Shown here: piece by piece, positions 48,031-56,305 of the stretch
Numbering within the stretch: the first letter of the stretch is position 1
Layout of the letters: each line of letters starts with the position of its first letter
Sequence record: LC727697.1
DNA length: 64,000 bases
Direction: 5' to 3' (one strand)
The notes under the pieces: model-generated
The model's database searches: none
What the model was told of the DNA's origin: nothing
The model's input: the letters and a program-made list of their open reading frames with translations, nothing else
Position numbers and translations under genes: made by a program

Positions 48031-48989
48031 ATTATACTTTCTTTTATTTTATCAATCGAATCAATTAATAAAGTTCTTTTGTCTTTATCTTTTATTTTAA
48101 AATCTATCTGTCGTACTATTCTAGCTAATGAGTCGAGATGGCCAACTAAAAAGGTCATATCGGTATTTGATGTATCATTTAACGATATATAAAGATCGCA
48201 CATCATTTTTAATTGTTTCATAGCATGTTTTAACGATATGTTAATACTTTCTATAGACCCGACGAACGTATTACTAGTATAGAGTGTACTGTGTAGTGAC
48301 TGTCCTATACTTAGTGCAATAGAAATGTTTGTTTTTTCTATATAATATTGGTTTCTAAGAATTTTTGATTTATAAAAATACGGATCAGAAGGATTTTTTA
48401 TTTTTTGTTCAAGTTTATTTTTAACTACAGAATTAACATTAGTTTCAATGTAATCTATAATTACATTTTCTAAATTTATAGAATACACCGATTTTCCGGA
48501 ACTTACGTTGTACGGATCTGGCAAAAATACAGGCATTGCATGCTTTCTTAGCATTTCGTCTTCAATACTTTCGAGCTTATTTTGTATGACAATTTGGATT
48601 GTATCTTCTTTGTATTTTGTCTTGGCATAGCACTCAGAATAAAGATTTAAATATCCTTTATCTATTTCATTACATAGTTTAAATGTGTCATAATCTTGAA
48701 CAGACAATATAGTATTATCTACAGAATGAATATAATGAGAAACATAATGAATATATGTTATTATTGTGTACTGTTTAGTTTCTATGTCGTCTTTAGATGC
48801 ATAAAATTCTATCAAACCATTACTTTTTACTGCATGTTCTTTTATTCCGTCATGTATAGCAAAATCGACAGAAATAATAGGTTTTCCGTTATTTTGCCTA
48901 GGGATTGCTGTATTATTGTTAAACAGATATGCACTAGTTCTAACTACAAAAACATCATTTTTTATTTCATGTGCATATACTATAGTCAT
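48012..48989 (-). CDS. Hypothetical protein
   Basis: 325-aa ORF with no recognised motif. Confidence 0.7.
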   Translation of the reverse strand: MTIVYAHEIKNDVFVVRTSAYLFNNNTAIPRQNNGKPIISVDFAIHDGIKEHAVKSNGLIEFYASKDDIETKQYTIITYIHYVSHYIHSVDNTILSVQDYDTFKLCNEIDKGYLNLYSECYAKTKYKEDTIQIVIQNKLESIEDEMLRKHAMPVFLPDPYNVSSGKSVYSINLENVIIDYIETNVNSVVKNKLEQKIKNPSDPYFYKSKILRNQYYIEKTNISIALSIGQSLHSTLYTSNTFVGSIESINISLKHAMKQLKMMCDLYISLNDTSNTDMTFLVGHLDSLARIVRQIDFKIKDKDKRTLLIDSIDKIKESIIKRKED

Positions 48990-48992
48990 TTC

Positions 48993-49178
48993 TTAACCCT
49001 TCTGCGGAATATATCCAATTTTAACAGGTAATGTACGTGACAACATTACCATCGTTTGTACTTTTTTACCTAGATAAACTCTTATATTACTACCTGGCAT
49101 TTCCCTTAGCAACATAGATGCCCTAAAAAGGCATGTAGTATTTACATATGCCAATTCTACTGATGAAATTGTTAACAT
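48993..49178 (-). CDS. Hypothetical small protein
   Basis: Strong RBS (GGAG...AAGGA) before the ATG. Confidence 0.6.
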   Translation of the reverse strand: MLTISSVELAYVNTTCLFRASMLLREMPGSNIRVYLGKKVQTMVMLSRTLPVKIGYIPQKG

Positions 49179-49278
49179 TCCTTGTTATCTCCGTTGTTGC
49201 GATCCTTGCAACAATACTTAATAATACACTATGTAATACAATTATGTAAACATTTGTTTATAAGCAAATATGAAACGA

Positions 49279-49464
49279 TTACTTAGCAATATTATCTGTT
49301 ATTAATTTGTTGAATAATGTATGACCGTGACTAGTATATACTAGCCATGCGTAGTGGTATTTTATTAATGAAAAACGTACATTAATGGAATGTGTGTTAA
49401 TATATATTATAGATTTTATTATAGATTTGTAGGAATAAAAATATTGCAGGTCTATTATATACAT
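49279..49464 (-). CDS. Possible AT-rich microprotein
   Basis: ORF track only; no clear RBS. Confidence 0.3.
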   Translation of the reverse strand: MYIIDLQYFYSYKSIIKSIIYINTHSINVRFSLIKYHYAWLVYTSHGHTLFNKLITDNIAK

Positions 49465-49603
49465 ATCAATTATAAAATCCTATAATGTTGAATAGTACGT
49501 TAATAAGTAAGATTATTAGGCATTCGTATATACAATGAACATAAATTTAGATGATTCTCGATCATGTTATAAAACTATAATCTTTTTATTATAATATAAA
49601 AAG

Positions 49604-49843
49604 TTATACACAACGTATTTCACATATTTTTAAAGAATTTACATTAGTAAACATATAAATTTCATCTTTATTAAACAATTTTTTTGTTGTTAACTTAACG
49701 TGATGCAAATCGACACAATATACACCTTTAACATAACATAAAGACGTTATGTTAGCTAAATGTGCATTACATATATTGCAGTGCATGGCATGTGATATAG
49801 AAAATGTATTAACTAATGTAAAGAGTTCGGTATGATAATTCAT
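49604..49843 (-). CDS. Microprotein, array 1
   Basis: ATGA overlap with the upstream ORF. Confidence 0.5.
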   Translation of the reverse strand: MNYHTELFTLVNTFSISHAMHCNICNAHLANITSLCYVKGVYCVDLHHVKLTTKKLFNKDEIYMFTNVNSLKICEIRCV

Positions 49844-50061
49844 TCATTATACCTAGTTACATAATACGCATCGTCTACTACGAAAAATATATTTTTCGAT
49901 ATTCTATTATAATAGTCTGTAACTATAATAAAATGCGGTTTAACATCTTTATTTTTATCCGTATTGTAAAATTTTACAAATGCAGATATAAGTTTATCAT
50001 TTACAATAATATAATGGGATAAAAATAGGATATTGGTAACACTGTCAAAAAATTTAATCAT
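49840..50061 (-). CDS. Microprotein, array 1
   Basis: Overlaps both neighbours by 4-8 nt. Confidence 0.5.
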   Translation of the reverse strand: MIKFFDSVTNILFLSHYIIVNDKLISAFVKFYNTDKNKDVKPHFIIVTDYYNRISKNIFFVVDDAYYVTRYNE

Positions 50062-50311
50062 GTCTTATATACACTGCATATCCATTTAAGTAGTTAAGTA
50101 CGGCACTGTCTGTTACAAAAGTAAACTCATATTTTATGTGGTTTGAGGTAGCTTTGGAAAAATGTATATTTACATTTAGAAGTTTTATGTTTTTGAACGG
50201 CATTTCTAAAGGAGCAAGATTTGAATTTACTGTTAGCATAGGACAAATAGATGCAATCGACTTTCCTTTATTAAAGAAATTAGATAAAATTAGTATATCC
50301 TTTATTGACAT
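50054..50311 (-). CDS. Microprotein, array 1
   Basis: Overlaps both neighbours. Confidence 0.5.
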   Translation of the reverse strand: MSIKDILILSNFFNKGKSIASICPMLTVNSNLAPLEMPFKNIKLLNVNIHFSKATSNHIKYEFTFVTDSAVLNYLNGYAVYIRHD

Positions 50312-50496
50312 ACTATACCTATACTATATCTTAAATTGTTGTTTTCTATTATAGAAAGGAAAACTCTAGACGATTTATCTATTTTTATTTTTATATGCTT
50401 ACTATTAACCGTTAAAAACGCAAGATAAATTAACATATACACGGCATTAGTCCTTCTGCCGAAACGTGCTGAATAATCTAATATATCTATATGCAT
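50302..50496 (-). CDS. Microprotein, array 1
   Basis: Overlaps both neighbours by 10 nt. Confidence 0.5.
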   Translation of the reverse strand: MHIDILDYSARFGRRTNAVYMLIYLAFLTVNSKHIKIKIDKSSRVFLSIIENNNLRYSIGIVCQ

Positions 50497-50702
50497 CTGT
50501 ATATAACCGGCTTACTATAACACCCGTAAATACCTACAATATAAAATTTAGCTCTCACAATTAAATATTTTCCATCAAAATCATGAATAACTTCTGTTAT
50601 GTATATACTAAAATGTTTCACTCGCTTATTAATAATTTTATTAATAGAACAGACGCTTAATACCTTGATGTATGCGTGAATATATTCTGCTTGTTTATTC
50701 AC
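50487..50702 (-). CDS. Microprotein, array 1 (probable GTG start at 50702)
   Basis: TAGTG stop/start overlap with the upstream ORF. Confidence 0.5.
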   Translation of the reverse strand: MNKQAEYIHAYIKVLSVCSINKIINKRVKHFSIYITEVIHDFDGKYLIVRAKFYIVGIYGCYSKPVIYRCI

Positions 50703-50917
50703 TATACTAAACCTATTTTTATAGGAAAACTGCATGTTCTATATTCTAGTGTTGCACTAGGTTTACTAGTTACACTAGTTTTATATGTTACTATCTTTAT
50801 ATTGATAAAATCAAAGTTATTTAACTTTTCAGGTCCTGATATTAATTGCAATAAATATAAGACTGATATTCTATCAAAAACACTATTATAGTCTTGTATT
50901 CTCTCTATTATATTCAT
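50702..50917 (-). CDS. Microprotein, array 1 (probable ATG start at 50917)
   Basis: ATGA overlap with the stop of 50914-51288. Confidence 0.55.
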   Translation of the reverse strand: MNIIERIQDYNSVFDRISVLYLLQLISGPEKLNNFDFINIKIVTYKTSVTSKPSATLEYRTCSFPIKIGLV

Positions 50918-51288
50918 ATACTTCCCCAAAATTTAAAATTGCCAGGAAGATAAGGCGCCCAGGCGCTATCGAAATAGCAATTATCCGATGCAGTAACAAA
51001 CAGCGGAGCTATTTCGTTATCAGTGAAACCTGCTAGACCACACCCAATTCGGGTTACTTGAAATTGCAATTGTGGATTATTTTTCGCATATTCTAAAAAC
51101 TGCTTAACATATTTTTCTATATCAGCATACGGTAGTGTAATTATGTTATGATCTTTAGTAGGAATTGCATAACTTTGTCCATGATGACCTACACCGATAC
51201 CGTAGATTGCACCTTTACGCTGTAGTGCAAATTTTGCTGCGCCTGCGCCATGACGACCCGCTTCATTACTACCAAAAACAAATATCAT
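50914..51288 (-). CDS. Conserved FVFGSN-family phage protein (A1S_2505-like; fold uncertain, possibly Macro-like)
   Basis: IFVFGSNEAGRHGAGAA, SYAIPTK and FQVTRIGCGLAG motifs recalled from a widespread family. Confidence 0.65.
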   Translation of the reverse strand: MIFVFGSNEAGRHGAGAAKFALQRKGAIYGIGVGHHGQSYAIPTKDHNIITLPYADIEKYVKQFLEYAKNNPQLQFQVTRIGCGLAGFTDNEIAPLFVTASDNCYFDSAWAPYLPGNFKFWGSI

Positions 51289-51425
51289 TTTAAAATTCCG
51301 TTATATTAGATTAAATATAATAATATTATAGCAAAACTGCATACATTCGCATAGCAAGATTTTATTTTTTTAGAATGGTGGAGCTAGCACGCATTTTTTT
51401 AAATCAATTGTGCTAGTAGATAATC

Positions 51426-51508
51426 CACTTCATTCCACTTCATTTCACTTCACCGCCATCACTTCACCGCCATCACTTCACTCCCTTCACTTCACTCCCA
51501 ACACTTCA
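51426..51508. repeat. Seven exact CACTTCA heptamers with 10,10,14,14,14,14-nt spacing
   Basis: Direct reading: copies start at 51426, 51436, 51446, 51460, 51474, 51488 and 51502. Confidence 0.9.
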
Positions 51509-51643
51509 CTACAGCATAATCACACATATAACCCATTCCTACATGTTTATTCATTTTATCATGTATGATCCACTTTCTTATATACAAGTTTCAATCTTAT
51601 ACTATTCACCTTTCACCCTAGTGTATATTTGTTTAATATAGAG

Positions 51644-51871
51644 TTATGCTTTGTTACTTCTATATTTGGCTAAAATAAATGTATTATCTGCAAAGGTTTC
51701 GACAGAGAAATTTACCCGTGTGTAATTATTGTCTCTGAAACACTCGCACGATACGCTGCGTACAGCAGACCAGGTATGATTACGCTTACTACTGATAGCC
51801 GAGAGTATATTAAAAAAAGAATTTATAGTTTCGTATGATAGAATTCTAGATCTTAATAAAATACTATTCAT
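51644..51871 (-). CDS. Microprotein, array 2
   Basis: Overlaps the upstream ORF by 8 nt. Confidence 0.5.
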   Translation of the reverse strand: MNSILLRSRILSYETINSFFNILSAISSKRNHTWSAVRSVSCECFRDNNYTRVNFSVETFADNTFILAKYRSNKA

Positions 51872-52049
51872 GTGTGAGTATTATATAATTCATATTATCA
51901 AAGATAATGTATACTTCAAATTTTGAATCATTTAAATATACTATAGAAACAGTCTTTATAGGTACATGTTGGGGTATTGTAATATATCGAAGCAATGTAT
52001 TTAATTGCATTGTTTCATAAGATAAAACACTAATTTTAAATATATTCAT
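51864..52049 (-). CDS. Microprotein, array 2
   Basis: Starts 2 nt after the upstream stop. Confidence 0.5.
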   Translation of the reverse strand: MNIFKISVLSYETMQLNTLLRYITIPQHVPIKTVSIVYLNDSKFEVYIIFDNMNYIILTHE

Positions 52050-52051
52050 AA

Positions 52052-52246
52052 TTATCGAATTATACGAAAAAGTATATCTGAATCAAAGTCTCTATACATT
52101 AAACTTAAACTTCCATAATAGCCAAGCTCGTTATTAAGCTGTATATATAAACTTTTAAACTCACATTTATAAAATACAACAATGTATTTTCGTATTCTGT
52201 TCATCCCTACAATACGCGAGCAGTGTATCATCTTATTCGTAGTCAT
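52052..52246 (-). CDS. Microprotein, array 2
   Basis: Overlapping tandem ORF. Confidence 0.5.
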   Translation of the reverse strand: MTTNKMIHCSRIVGMNRIRKYIVVFYKCEFKSLYIQLNNELGYYGSLSLMYRDFDSDILFRIIR

Positions 52247-52448
52247 ATTGTTTCCTAACCTTTATTCTACAATTTAGAAATAACAACTCCAGAATAATTG
52301 CATTGCCTCCTGTAAATGTTATTTCAATATCGTAGCTTCTATCCTTCCAGAATTTATGTGTATTAACTGCAATAGCAGAATAATAATAGTAAAGTATGTT
52401 ATACTTCATTAAATTAATATTGTTAGAAATTAAAAATATCTTGTTCAT
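52233..52448 (-). CDS. Microprotein, array 2
   Basis: Overlapping tandem ORF. Confidence 0.5.
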   Translation of the reverse strand: MNKIFLISNNINLMKYNILYYYYSAIAVNTHKFWKDRSYDIEITFTGGNAIILELLFLNCRIKVRKQYDYE

Positions 52449-52608
52449 ATGTTTGGTAAACTATTATAGATATAACGTTATCATCAACATCAATGCCTAT
52501 TTTATACATGCTTAAATTCGGTATACTATTAAAAAGTGTGTATTTAGCATTAAGGAATGTATGATATCGTATAACCCTTATTCTACTAGATATTTCTAAT
52601 ATTAACAT
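52423..52608 (-). CDS. Microprotein, array 2
   Basis: Overlapping tandem ORF. Confidence 0.45.
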   Translation of the reverse strand: MLILEISSRIRVIRYHTFLNAKYTLFNSIPNLSMYKIGIDVDDNVISIIVYQTYEQDIFNF

Positions 52609-52795
52609 TAATTTTTATACCATATTTACTTACACTTAATGTAACATACGTTTTATTGCGTATTAAAGATATATTTAAATTTCCAACGTGTGAAAATTCT
52701 TTTAACCTATATGTTGTAGCCAGTTTAATAATTGCAACATAAGAAGATATATTAATATTATTATAATACACAGATGTTTTTATTATACCACTCAT
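52586..52795 (-). CDS. Microprotein, array 2
   Basis: Overlapping tandem ORF. Confidence 0.5.
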   Translation of the reverse strand: MSGIIKTSVYYNNINISSYVAIIKLATTYRLKEFSHVGNLNISLIRNKTYVTLSVSKYGIKINVNIRNI

Positions 52796-52801
52796 TTTTA
52801 T

Positions 52802-53035
52802 TTAATAGCCTCTATATAGTGCTCTACATAATGAGTATCGTGTAATATATCTATAAATGTTTCTTTCACCGTATACCCATTTTAATGAGTTATAGTAATT
52901 TTTTATAAAGTTACTTTGTTTATTACGTATACGCCTAGATAAAGAAAATACGTAACTATGAGACATAAAGTAGAACAGCCGAGACAGATTTGGAAAGTTA
53001 AACAACAATATGAGATTAGGAATATTGTATAGCAA
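52802..53035 (-). CDS. Possible microprotein, array 2 (start uncertain)
   Basis: TTG start in the track; ends 7 nt before the next ORF. Confidence 0.35.
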   Translation of the reverse strand: MLYNIPNLILLFNFPNLSRLFYFMSHSYVFSLSRRIRNKQSNFIKNYYNSLKWVYGERNIYRYITRYSLCRALYRGY

Positions 53036-53145
53036 TCATACTATACTTACTATAATACACTATACAACATTTCTACGCATAATAACATAGATTGTTTACT
53101 AGCAGCATGATAAAGAAGAAAATTGTATGAAGTATATATGATACG

Positions 53146-53346
53146 GTACAGTACAGTACAGTACAGTGAAATGACTTATAGGTTTGAATGTGTGTAGTAA
53201 CAGTATTGAATGTGACCTATAAATGAAAGTGAGAAAGTGGCTTATAAGTGAAAGTGTTATAAGCGAACCTATAAACGAAAGTGACTTATAAGTGAAAGTG
53301 ACTTATAAGTGAACCTATAGACGAACCTATAGACGAACCTATAGAC
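53146..53346. repeat. Compound tandem-repeat tract: (GTACA)x4, GAAAGTGACTTATAAGT x2 plus variants, GAACCTATAGAC x3
   Basis: Exact 17-mers at 53277 and 53294; exact 12-mers at 53311, 53323 and 53335. Confidence 0.9.
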
Positions 53347-53604
53347 GGTGGATTTCAAAATCTACCCGCGTAACAATCCACCACTCACCGAATGTCAACC
53401 GTCTCAGCTTACAGCCACCCGGTGTTGGAATTCATCACTTTCAAAATTTGTCAACTATATTTTTCTATAACAATTTTCAGTATAATAGAATTATCCTATA
53501 CCTGCTATTGTCAAGAAAATATTTTTATTAATCCCTCCCAGTTAATAGAATTGTTCTATATAGTATACAACTAACATCATACACTATATAGAGCAACCAT
53601 TATA

Positions 53605-53901
53605 TTACTTATTATCGAATGTCGGAAACATTGAATACCAAACTGATATCAACCTAACACAATCTATCATAGTTCGGTTGGAATAACACTCAGTATCATA
53701 CAACGGGTAATTACTGCCCATAGTATAACACATAACTGATCCGGTGTTATTTCCAACATATCTGATAGTACCGAAAGCAGTATCGGCAATAACTACTACC
53801 AATTCTTCGAGGTTATCAGAAGACGGTTGAATAGTACTCTTAATGTGGTACAGGGACAGAAGTTCTTTTACTGCACTGAGGAAAAAATGTTCGCAATTCA
53901 T
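53605..53901 (-). CDS. Hypothetical protein (probable start MNCEHFF)
   Basis: AGGAG RBS upstream of the ATG at 53901. Confidence 0.6.
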   Translation of the reverse strand: MNCEHFFLSAVKELLSLYHIKSTIQPSSDNLEELVVVIADTAFGTIRYVGNNTGSVMCYTMGSNYPLYDTECYSNRTMIDCVRLISVWYSMFPTFDNK

Positions 53902-53902
53902 T

Positions 53903-54007
53903 TTAGTTCTCCTGCTTGCCTGTGTTTTGAAACTTAACTTCATTATTGGAAAGATAATGACCAGCTTCTATGTTATATAGTTTCTTTATTAGTTCTGCGT
54001 ATGTCAT
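53903..54007 (-). CDS. 34-aa ORF MTYAELIKKLYNIEAGHYLSNNEVKFQNTGKQEN
   Basis: GAGGA RBS upstream of the ATG at 54007. Confidence 0.4.
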   Translation of the reverse strand: MTYAELIKKLYNIEAGHYLSNNEVKFQNTGKQEN

Positions 54008-54041
54008 TATCTTATCCTCAGTAAGATCCAGTGGGATTGGA

Positions 54042-54206
54042 TTACTTACTGTGATGTTCTCGGATGCACTTGGATTCGTCGTGCAGATTGCGGGCTTGTT
54101 CTGCCCAGGGGTGACCTGCAAAACAGAATCCGTGCCATTTGCTGCAAAGCATCCGGCGAAGTAACATGCAACGTTCGTTTTGAAGTCTGGCCAGTGCAGC
54201 ATTCAT
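54042..54206 (-). CDS. 54-aa Cys/His-rich ORF MNAALARLQNERCMLLRRMLCSKWHGFCFAGHPWAEQARNLHDESKCIREHHSK
   Basis: GGAGATAA RBS before the ATG. Lies in a different frame from track ORF 53903-54202. Confidence 0.6.
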   Translation of the reverse strand: MNAALARLQNERCMLLRRMLCSKWHGFCFAGHPWAEQARNLHDESKCIREHHSK

Positions 54207-54238
54207 GAACTTATCTCCAGGGCGTAGGGTTGTAGAGG

Positions 54239-54439
54239 TTACTCGCTAGCCACAAGCTGCACAAGCTGGCGCTGTGTGCCGTCGGGGCGGTTGCGAACGA
54301 TGCAGAACAGGGTAGCGGTGCGTCCGCAGCTACGATGCAATTCAGCTTCCTGCATCAACCAGCGCACCATGACCGCATTGTAGGCCGGGCGACGGTTTGC
54401 ATCAATTGCAATTTGCTTGACATCTACGATCTGGCTCAT
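54239..54439 (-). CDS. Hypothetical small high-GC protein
   Basis: GGAG RBS and its own promoter. Confidence 0.65.
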   Translation of the reverse strand: MSQIVDVKQIAIDANRRPAYNAVMVRWLMQEAELHRSCGRTATLFCIVRNRPDGTQRQLVQLVASE

Positions 54440-54478
54440 GGTTGCGCCCTCCGGGGCTTGCTGTGTTGCGTTGTAATT

Positions 54479-54507
54479 ATTATGCGCCCTTCGCTCGGCT
54501 ACGTCAA
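54479..54507 (-). promoter_or_regulatory. Early sigma70 promoter TTGACG-17-CATAAT
   Basis: Shares TTGACGTAG and CATAATAATTACAAC with 55890-55918. Confidence 0.75.
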
Positions 54508-54580
54508 CTTTTATTTATTGTTCCGCCGGGCGGTCAGCTAGCACCTTCCGGGCAATGTTTGCTCGCGGTGGCCAGTTGAG

Positions 54581-54829
54581 TTATTTCGTACCCTCCATCT
54601 TTGTGCAACTGTGTTTGGAAAAGCCCACGGCGATACCGCTCGTATCGCCAGAGCTACCGAAGTTCCTTGCCCGGATGTTCTTCACAACCGTTTCTCGCTC
54701 ACGCTTGAGCGCCTCGCAGTCTTCCTTGCTAAGGTCACGAACCACAATGGTGTCTGCTGTCGTCGAACGAGCGTAGGTGTTGTTGTTGAAGACAATGGTG
54801 GACAACAAGAGGTAGCTTGCAATGCTCAT
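54581..54829 (-). CDS. Hypothetical protein with a hydrophobic N-terminus (start MSIASY)
   Basis: ATGA-coupled to an upstream 19-aa ORF at 54826-54885. Confidence 0.55.
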   Translation of the reverse strand: MSIASYLLLSTIVFNNNTYARSTTADTIVVRDLSKEDCEALKRERETVVKNIRARNFGSSGDTSGIAVGFSKHSCTKMEGTK

Positions 54830-54906
54830 GGCTGTTCCATAGTCGCGCACTGGCGCAAACAATGCTTGGAGAGGTGCAGGTTCATCGTGTTATCTCCGGG
54901 GCTATA

Positions 54907-55398
54907 TTACTGAAGGATGAGAATCTTGCGAACGGGGCGGACCAACCAGGCGCTGCTCTTGATAGCGACACTAGCCTCGCCGTCGCCGAAGTGCATGCGG
55001 AAGGCGCCGCATGCGGAGTACTGCGAACTCGACCAGTACCAGCGATCTGCGAAACCAGACAGCTCGCCTGCTTGCTTGGCGGAGAACAGAAGAGCCAGTT
55101 CCAGAACAGAAGGAATGAATACGCCTTCTCCGATCTCCATAGCTTGCTTGGCAATCGGGCTGCCAGCTTCAGCCATGGCGACCGTGTTCGAAGCTCCGTC
55201 TCGGTAGCTGGCGGTGCCGTTCACATCCTGCCCATACTCGCCCCATTCTCCAGTGAACTCGGCGCTTTTGCCGAGATCGACGTAGGCGTATTCCTTGCCA
55301 TTGAGCCATTGGCGGGCAAAGAAGGTTCCATCAGCCAGGGGCTGGCCGATTTCGGGAAGGTCACTCGGATGAATCGAATCGGGGATGGTAGTGCTCAT
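54907..55398 (-). CDS. DUF1566 (Lcl C-terminal-like) domain protein
   Basis: IPSVLEL, WYWSSSQY and VRPVR motifs; high GC. Confidence 0.75.
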   Translation of the reverse strand: MSTTIPDSIHPSDLPEIGQPLADGTFFARQWLNGKEYAYVDLGKSAEFTGEWGEYGQDVNGTASYRDGASNTVAMAEAGSPIAKQAMEIGEGVFIPSVLELALLFSAKQAGELSGFADRWYWSSSQYSACGAFRMHFGDGEASVAIKSSAWLVRPVRKILILQ

Positions 55399-55431
55399 GG
55401 TTGGTTTCCTTGTCGGGTTGTGCGTGGTGGG

Positions 55432-55641
55432 TTATTGTGCGAACAGGGCGTGCAGGGCGGCTTCTTCGGACTTGCGCATTTCCAGGCACTGGGCATTTGC
55501 AATTGCCAGTTCCAAGGCTTCACACAATTCCCTGGCGTGGGCATGCAACTCGCTAGCGACGCGTCCGGTGTAGCGCAGTTTTTCGAGTTGGTTCATGCGC
55601 ATGCGTTGCGCTACGAGCATGTCTTTCAGTTGTTCGATCAT
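55432..55641 (-). CDS. Hypothetical helical protein
   Basis: AAGGA RBS; high-GC codon usage. Confidence 0.65.
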   Translation of the reverse strand: MIEQLKDMLVAQRMRMNQLEKLRYTGRVASELHAHARELCEALELAIANAQCLEMRKSEEAALHALFAQ

Positions 55642-55657
55642 GATCTTTTCCTTTAGT

Positions 55658-55682
55658 AAAGCCCCGCCTGGGGCGGGGCTTT
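55658..55682 (-). terminator. Terminator
   Basis: AAAGCCCCGCC-TGG-GGCGGGGCTTT hairpin. Confidence 0.75.
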
Positions 55683-55690
55683 AGTTGGTG

Positions 55691-55840
55691 TTAGGCTACG
55701 ATATCATAGCCGAGCCAAACCTGGGTGAGGACTTGGCCATGCCGGAAGATAACTTCGTAGCAGATATCGTTATCACTATCGCTCCAAATCCATGCGTAGG
55801 ACTCGCCGGCTTTGCTGTTCATGCATTGGATGTTGCACAT
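55691..55840 (-). CDS. 49-aa ORF MCNIQCMNSKAGESYAWIWSDSDNDICYEVIFRHGQVLTQVWLGYDIVA
   Basis: AGGAGG RBS, bracketed by a promoter and a terminator. Confidence 0.7.
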   Translation of the reverse strand: MCNIQCMNSKAGESYAWIWSDSDNDICYEVIFRHGQVLTQVWLGYDIVA

Positions 55841-55889
55841 AGTTTTGCCCTCCTGGGCTGGTTGCGTTGTGTTGCACTGTGTTGTAATT

Positions 55890-55918
55890 ATTATGTGTCC
55901 AATGCTAGTCTACGTCAA
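55890..55918 (-). promoter_or_regulatory. Early sigma70 promoter TTGACG-17-CATAAT
   Basis: Near-consensus with a 17-nt spacer. Confidence 0.75.
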
Positions 55919-55948
55919 CCTTTTTATCTGCAGGCGAGGCAGAGGATG

Positions 55949-56218
55949 TCAAAACTTGACACCGTGCTCGATATACCACTTAGCGGCATCCTCTGTCACA
56001 AAATCGCAACAGGCCAAAATTGTTTCGACGCTGCGGAGCCAACAATCGACAAAAGCGTCTGTATAACGGTTGGTTCCGTCTTCGTGGACTTTTACCCCGT
56101 CGGTGTGGGCGGCATTGTCCAGAGCTTCAAAATTGACTCGATGAACAATATCCATTGTGCTGCCGAAGACAGCTATAGGGAGGTCTTCGATAAGGCTAAG
56201 CAGACTACGCGCATCCAT
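55949..56218 (-). CDS. Hypothetical protein
   Basis: ORF track; same strand as its neighbours. Confidence 0.5.
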   Translation of the reverse strand: MDARSLLSLIEDLPIAVFGSTMDIVHRVNFEALDNAAHTDGVKVHEDGTNRYTDAFVDCWLRSVETILACCDFVTEDAAKWYIEHGVKF

Positions 56219-56305
56219 CCCTTTGTACTCCGTATGTTCTGTATGTATACAGTATGCATCCAGTGAGTACCTTTGTCTACCAAAATATGAAAATTAATAT
56301 GCTTA

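Noticed and set aside
53146-53346. CRISPR mini-array
   Set aside because: The repeats are directly tandem with no spacers, and the units are only 5-17 nt.
53903-54202. Track ORF of 99 aa
   Set aside because: RBS positions support a 54-aa ORF in another frame (54042-54206) and a separate 34-aa ORF (53903-54007).
54555-56266. Long plus-strand ORFs 54817-55656 and 55685-56266
   Set aside because: These are high-GC antisense shadows. Promoters, RBSs and terminators all support the minus-strand genes, and the plus-strand ORFs run across those signals.
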